Of a DNA stretch of 64,000 nucleotides, positions 59,551 to 64,000 are shown in pieces. The stretch is from Laetmonice hystrix (Eukaryota), in contig OZ249440.1 of assembly GCA_965235115.1 (NCBI GenBank), positions 32,242,001-32,306,000 on the forward strand, in the 5' to 3' direction. The notes under the pieces are model-generated. The model did no database searches. It was not told where the DNA came from and was given only the letters and a program-made list of their open reading frames with translations. Every line of letters starts with the position of its first letter. The stretch's first letter is position 1. A program made the translations under genes and the position numbers.

Positions 59551-61360
59551 TTAACACTCAGTGAAGATGTTCAGCAGCTCCATTTTTCTGGGGTTTCTCC
59601 TGCCAAACTCAGTGATAACCTTTTCGGGGTCAACTTCAATGTCTCTGTGCACAGACATCAGTATCAAACTAGTAAGTCTTTCATTCCCCATCCTGGACCT
59701 GAGCCTATTCTTCACCAGCTTGAGGGTAGGCCTACTGTTTGACCGTTCTGATGAGCAGGTTGTCACAGGCAGGACACAGAGGATGCCGAGGAGAGTTCTG
59801 ATGTTCGGGAACAGGTGCTTGTTGGCATGGTAAAGAGCTGCAGATGGTGTCTTGGGGAGGTTGTCAGAACCAGCAGCATCTAGCTCAGTCTTCCATTTCA
59901 CCTGCCAACAGTGAGCTTCACTCTGCATGCTACCTGGTGATGGGAGGTCATCCTTGTAGATGTTCACTAGTGATGCAAGCTTCTCTTGGGCTTAATCTTT
60001 GGTGAGAGTGACAAGAACAGCTGGGACAAGGCACAGTCCCTGGATAGCTTTGACCTGGTGGGTGGCAAACCTGGAGTTCAGCTCGCTGAGGACGTGATCC
60101 AGTAGGGGGATGGTGACCACTCGCTTGTAGTAGTCACTGGCTGACTGAGCTGGGGTGTTGACACGATGACGCTGTTTGCTGCATCGCCTGGGAATGCACA
60201 GCTCAGTTCCAACCTCTGAGCACATCTTTTCCACATCTGTAAACCAGTTTCTGTGGTGCTCATCCACATTGTCCCTCACACTCTGTAGAGCATCTCTCAA
60301 GGTGTCTATGTGGTCAACAGCCTCAATAATGTCTCTGGACTGAGCCTGAAGACTGCGGGTAATGCTGGTGGTATAGCTGAGGACCCTCTGGGTGATCACC
60401 AGCAACAAGGACCGTGCATCAGTCAAAGTGTCCGTGTACCAGCTGTGTGACTCATCCTGGATTGTCTCCATGCAGAGGACTAAAGATGGGTAGAGGGTGC
60501 ATTGAGTTTCTAAGGCCTCAAGTCTCTAGTGAGGGATAAGTCCTTGACCTTCTTCTGCCTGGACTCAGGTCGGTTCTCTTCAATGGCCCTCTCCAGTTGC
60601 TGCTGACGCTTAGGATGGACAGAGAAGAAATCATGCAGCTTCTTGCTGGTCCCCATCATGTTTCTCACACTGGTCACCTCAGCTGACTTCATAACTGCAA
60701 GGTTCAGCTGGTGAGAAGCACAGTGCACATACAGTGCTAGGGGGTACTGTGCTGTGATGATGGCTGCAGCACCCCTGGCCTTCCCTGCCATGTTGCTAGC
60801 ACCATCGTAGCCTTGACCACGCAGTAGGGTAGGGTCCAGATTGAACTTTTGCAGAAGATGCAGAATTTTGTCAGCAAGAGCTTGGCCAGTGATGCCCATA
60901 TCACACTCAGCAAACTCCACCAGGTCTTCTGCAATCTCACCAGTCACAGTATCAAGGTAGCGTAGCACCAGGCTCAACTGCTCCTTGTTGGCAGAGTCAG
61001 TCACCTCATCAGCTATCACAGAGTAGAACCTGGAGCCTCTGACACGTTCAGGGATCTGCTCAGGGATAAGGTCACCAATGATGTTGATGAGCTCATTCTG
61101 GACACTAGCAGAGGTGTATGTGGCTCAGGTGATGTTTTAGATCACTCACCAGCATCAATCCGAAACTCCAACAAAGCTCTGAAGTTACCATGGACATGGT
61201 TGACACCTGGATCATCTTCTGTCTGCTTATTACTCTCGTGTTGGCTCCTGAGAGCGAAGTTCTGTCTGCCACATAACAACACAGTCTTGACAATGGCATT
61301 ACCAGAAATACGTAAACTTCGCAATGCGCATGCGCACAATCGAGCACAGGCATCCACACT
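59551..61360 (-). pseudogene. hAT transposase (THAP12/ZMYM1-like), several stops, frameshifts and deletions
   Basis: ADEVTDSANKEQL, RGQGYDGASNM, YVHCASHQLNL, PVTTCSSERS...RLRSRMGNERL (hATC domain) spread over four ORFs. Confidence 0.92.
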
Positions 61361-62551
61361 TTGAACGGATGGGGGAACTCACTAACCCCCCAGTGACATG
61401 GCCAGGGTCGGGTGGGTGCACGATGCCGATAGCTTACCCGATCCTACTTACATTTCTGCACATCTTGGCCAAATTTCACCAGAAAATATAAATATTTTCC
61501 CACTTCCATCTATGCATCGAAATTGGATGTGCTTACGCTGTTTATAAGGCAGTTATTGCCGAGAATTTCTAGAATTCCCAGATATAGCTCAACTTCCGAC
61601 AGCTGCCGCACGAACCCGTCTCAACGGAAATTAGTTAGCTCACCCAGACGGCGGCACCATACGGTTCAAGTACACAAACTATGGTCCGTCAGGTTCAAAC
61701 ATTAACCACTTCCACAGAGTAGTTAAAATTGCATCTTTTGACATGTGAAAATTGTAAAGGGGTCTTGAGAGGAGCCTTGTCCTGCACACAGGCCCGTAAA
61801 AAAGCTGCTCTTGTCATAATTAATGAACATGTAGCTATGTTTTGAGAGAGAGACGAAACCGCTTTATCCCGAAAACACTCCCATACACGGCCATAGCAGG
61901 CGGCGGAAGCCGGGGGGGGGGGGGGGGGGGGGCAGGGAGGCTTATGGCGTATGGCTTATGAAGATTTATTATGGCTTACGAGATTGTGGATTAACTAGTA
62001 TCTAGGCCTATGGGGTAATCAAGACCCTGGTTTTTTTGGTGTTGGTGTAGGGCCTAATGAATCATGTTACCTCATGCAAAGTGCCCCCCCCCCAATATTA
62101 TCTGTTCCGCCGCCGCTGACCCCTGAGCCCCCCTCCCCCTTTGAACACCCCCCCCCCCGGAAAATGATTAAGTAATCCGGCCCTGTTCCTGGTGCAGTTA
62201 TTTTAATTGTACACGATTATGATTAATCCACTAGAATTCCGGAAAACCATCTCCTGTGATCATTCACTGAAGACAAGAGATGCTCTACTAGGCCTACATT
62301 ACCATGAGTCCATGAATCCTGTGTGTTGTTCATCCACTGATTTTAAGATGACGGCAGGAAAAGACCAAGAAAGATGTAATGTAAAAAAGCTTTATTATGA
62401 ACAGTAAAAATATTACAAACAAATAAATATGAATAATTATTTATCATTATTATCATCACAGGGAATTTGTGAAAAATACTGTGATAGTCACATAATGTTG
62501 TTATGAAACGTGAACAGTACAACAACATTTATGAACATCCTAACACTAGAT

Positions 62552-63506
62552 TTAATCAGTTGAACGCAAAGATAGTTCCAATAAACCCTTCAATTTTTTC
62601 TCACTCCTTAACTTCGTCTTAATCCCGATTTCTTTTAGCTTCTCCTTAACCTCTGTAACAGTCATGTTGTCAATTTGGTTCTCAACAGTCAGTGTTTGTG
62701 ACCCTGTTGGAATTTCCAGGCAACTTCTCTGTCGCTTTCTGTAAATTTCGTCTTCCCAATACTCTGATTTTCTTTTCTTATAGGCACGGGCTTCAGTTTT
62801 TTTATCAGACAGATGGTTCAGCCTCCAACAGACTCTGAGTATATCAGAGGTTCCGTCTAACCTGTTGCTGTGTTGTTTATGGATTGATTTGAAAGTATCA
62901 TTGAGTTTCTCCACTGCCTGACCACTGAACTTTTTCAGGCCACAATGCAACTCGGCCAAATACGGTAAATGGTACACTAAAATGTGCATGTACGGTGTTA
63001 TTCGTGATCTTTCGTATCCCTTTCTTTTGCCCTCTAAACTCAGAAATAGACGTACCCATCTGCTGGCCTTGGAAAATAGCTCAGCTTCTCTAATTTGTTC
63101 TATGGAATCATAACTGCATGAAATAGCCTCATAGACACTTGCAAAATTGGTCCAAATGTCAATAACAGTGTTCAAAGTTTCTGCCTGAAGACAATTACTT
63201 TCTTTCAGTCTAGCTGGTAGTTTTTTCAAGAGTTTTTTTTTTTTCATCGCCTACTAGGCTGGAGAATTCAATTTTTCCAGTGGCCTTCCCACTGGCATCT
63301 CTACTCTCCCATACATTAAAGCTGACACCACATGCCCTTACGGCTTTAACAAGACCATTCAAATGAGAAGTTGGTAATTCAACTAGTTTGGGAATGGCAC
63401 CAAGTTTTTCTTTGGCATCAAAATCCACAGCATCAGTAATAAGATTTTCCATCAATCTATCTGTGATTCTCAGTGTTACGGGGAACTTCATATACGAACA
63501 CCGCAA
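62552..63506 (-). pseudogene. C-terminal part of a RAG1/Transib-related DDE transposase with SAP-like tail; frameshift in an A12 run
   Basis: ITPYMHILVYH (H-x4-H) with E 20 residues later in QAVEKLN; LRITDRL upstream; MTVTEVKEKLKEIGI SAP-like; ORFs join if one A is removed at 63233-63244. Confidence 0.65.
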
Positions 63507-64000
63507 GTTCAGTCACTGCCTTTATTCGTCCTTGTGAAGAACCCTGTTACAAGGTTATAATATCGGTGTGAGGCATATAATTCATAGACGACCAGTAGTA
63601 TCATATCCACAGCTGTACCAACATTACATGTAGTATTACCTATGGCTCATTGATATCCGGTTCTAATTACCAGAACGCTTTTAAACATAACACACAACCA
63701 TTCAACGACTCAAAGTAACTTGTAATTAACAATGCAACATAACAGTAACATTAACTAGCGCCGATGTGGCTAGGGCCAACATCTTGTATCCCATCCCCTG
63801 GCAATGAAAATCATAGATCCATTATCATGTTAGACTACCTCCATGTCATCGATAGGCCCGTGAGTCGAAAGAGATTATATTATTACTTCCTATATGACCT
63901 CAATAATTATTATTGGTCATCTATCAATTACGTCATTGTCACGTAATACGTCACCCTACATCATAGATTTTGGTATCTTTTGAAAGAACATATTCCTATT

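Overview
Eukaryotic (probably invertebrate animal) genomic window made almost entirely of transposable elements; no ordinary host gene is recognisable. The main feature is a complete 18.07-kb Polinton/Maverick (adintovirus-like endogenous virus) at 4578..22650, with AGTAGT...ACTACT termini, ~440-bp TIRs and a perfect 6-bp TSD (CCGCAG). It encodes a chromodomain integrase, penton, a basic core-like protein, a frameshifted major capsid protein, a packaging ATPase and a protein-primed PolB. Its unusual content is: (i) an intact, intronless homologue of the RNA ligase RLIG1/C12orf29 beside the right TIR; (ii) a PolB gene extended by six upstream exons joined by phase-0 GT-AG introns, including three duplicated exon modules, an LxCxE motif and an NLS; (iii) a spliced PC4-like/CxGC..SQxxH gene; (iv) a broken LRR-transmembrane gene. 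No adenain-type protease was found. The rest of the window holds an apparently intact 8.6-kb P element (9-exon THAP transposase, 8-bp TSD), probable P-excision footprints, Helentron-type satellite-carrying elements, a nested CAC-ended element with a 5-bp TSD, a Harbinger-type element with ATT TSD, a decayed hAT transposase, a RAG1/Transib-like fragment, a tRNA-derived SINE and several MITEs. All family calls are from motif recognition by eye, not database searches.
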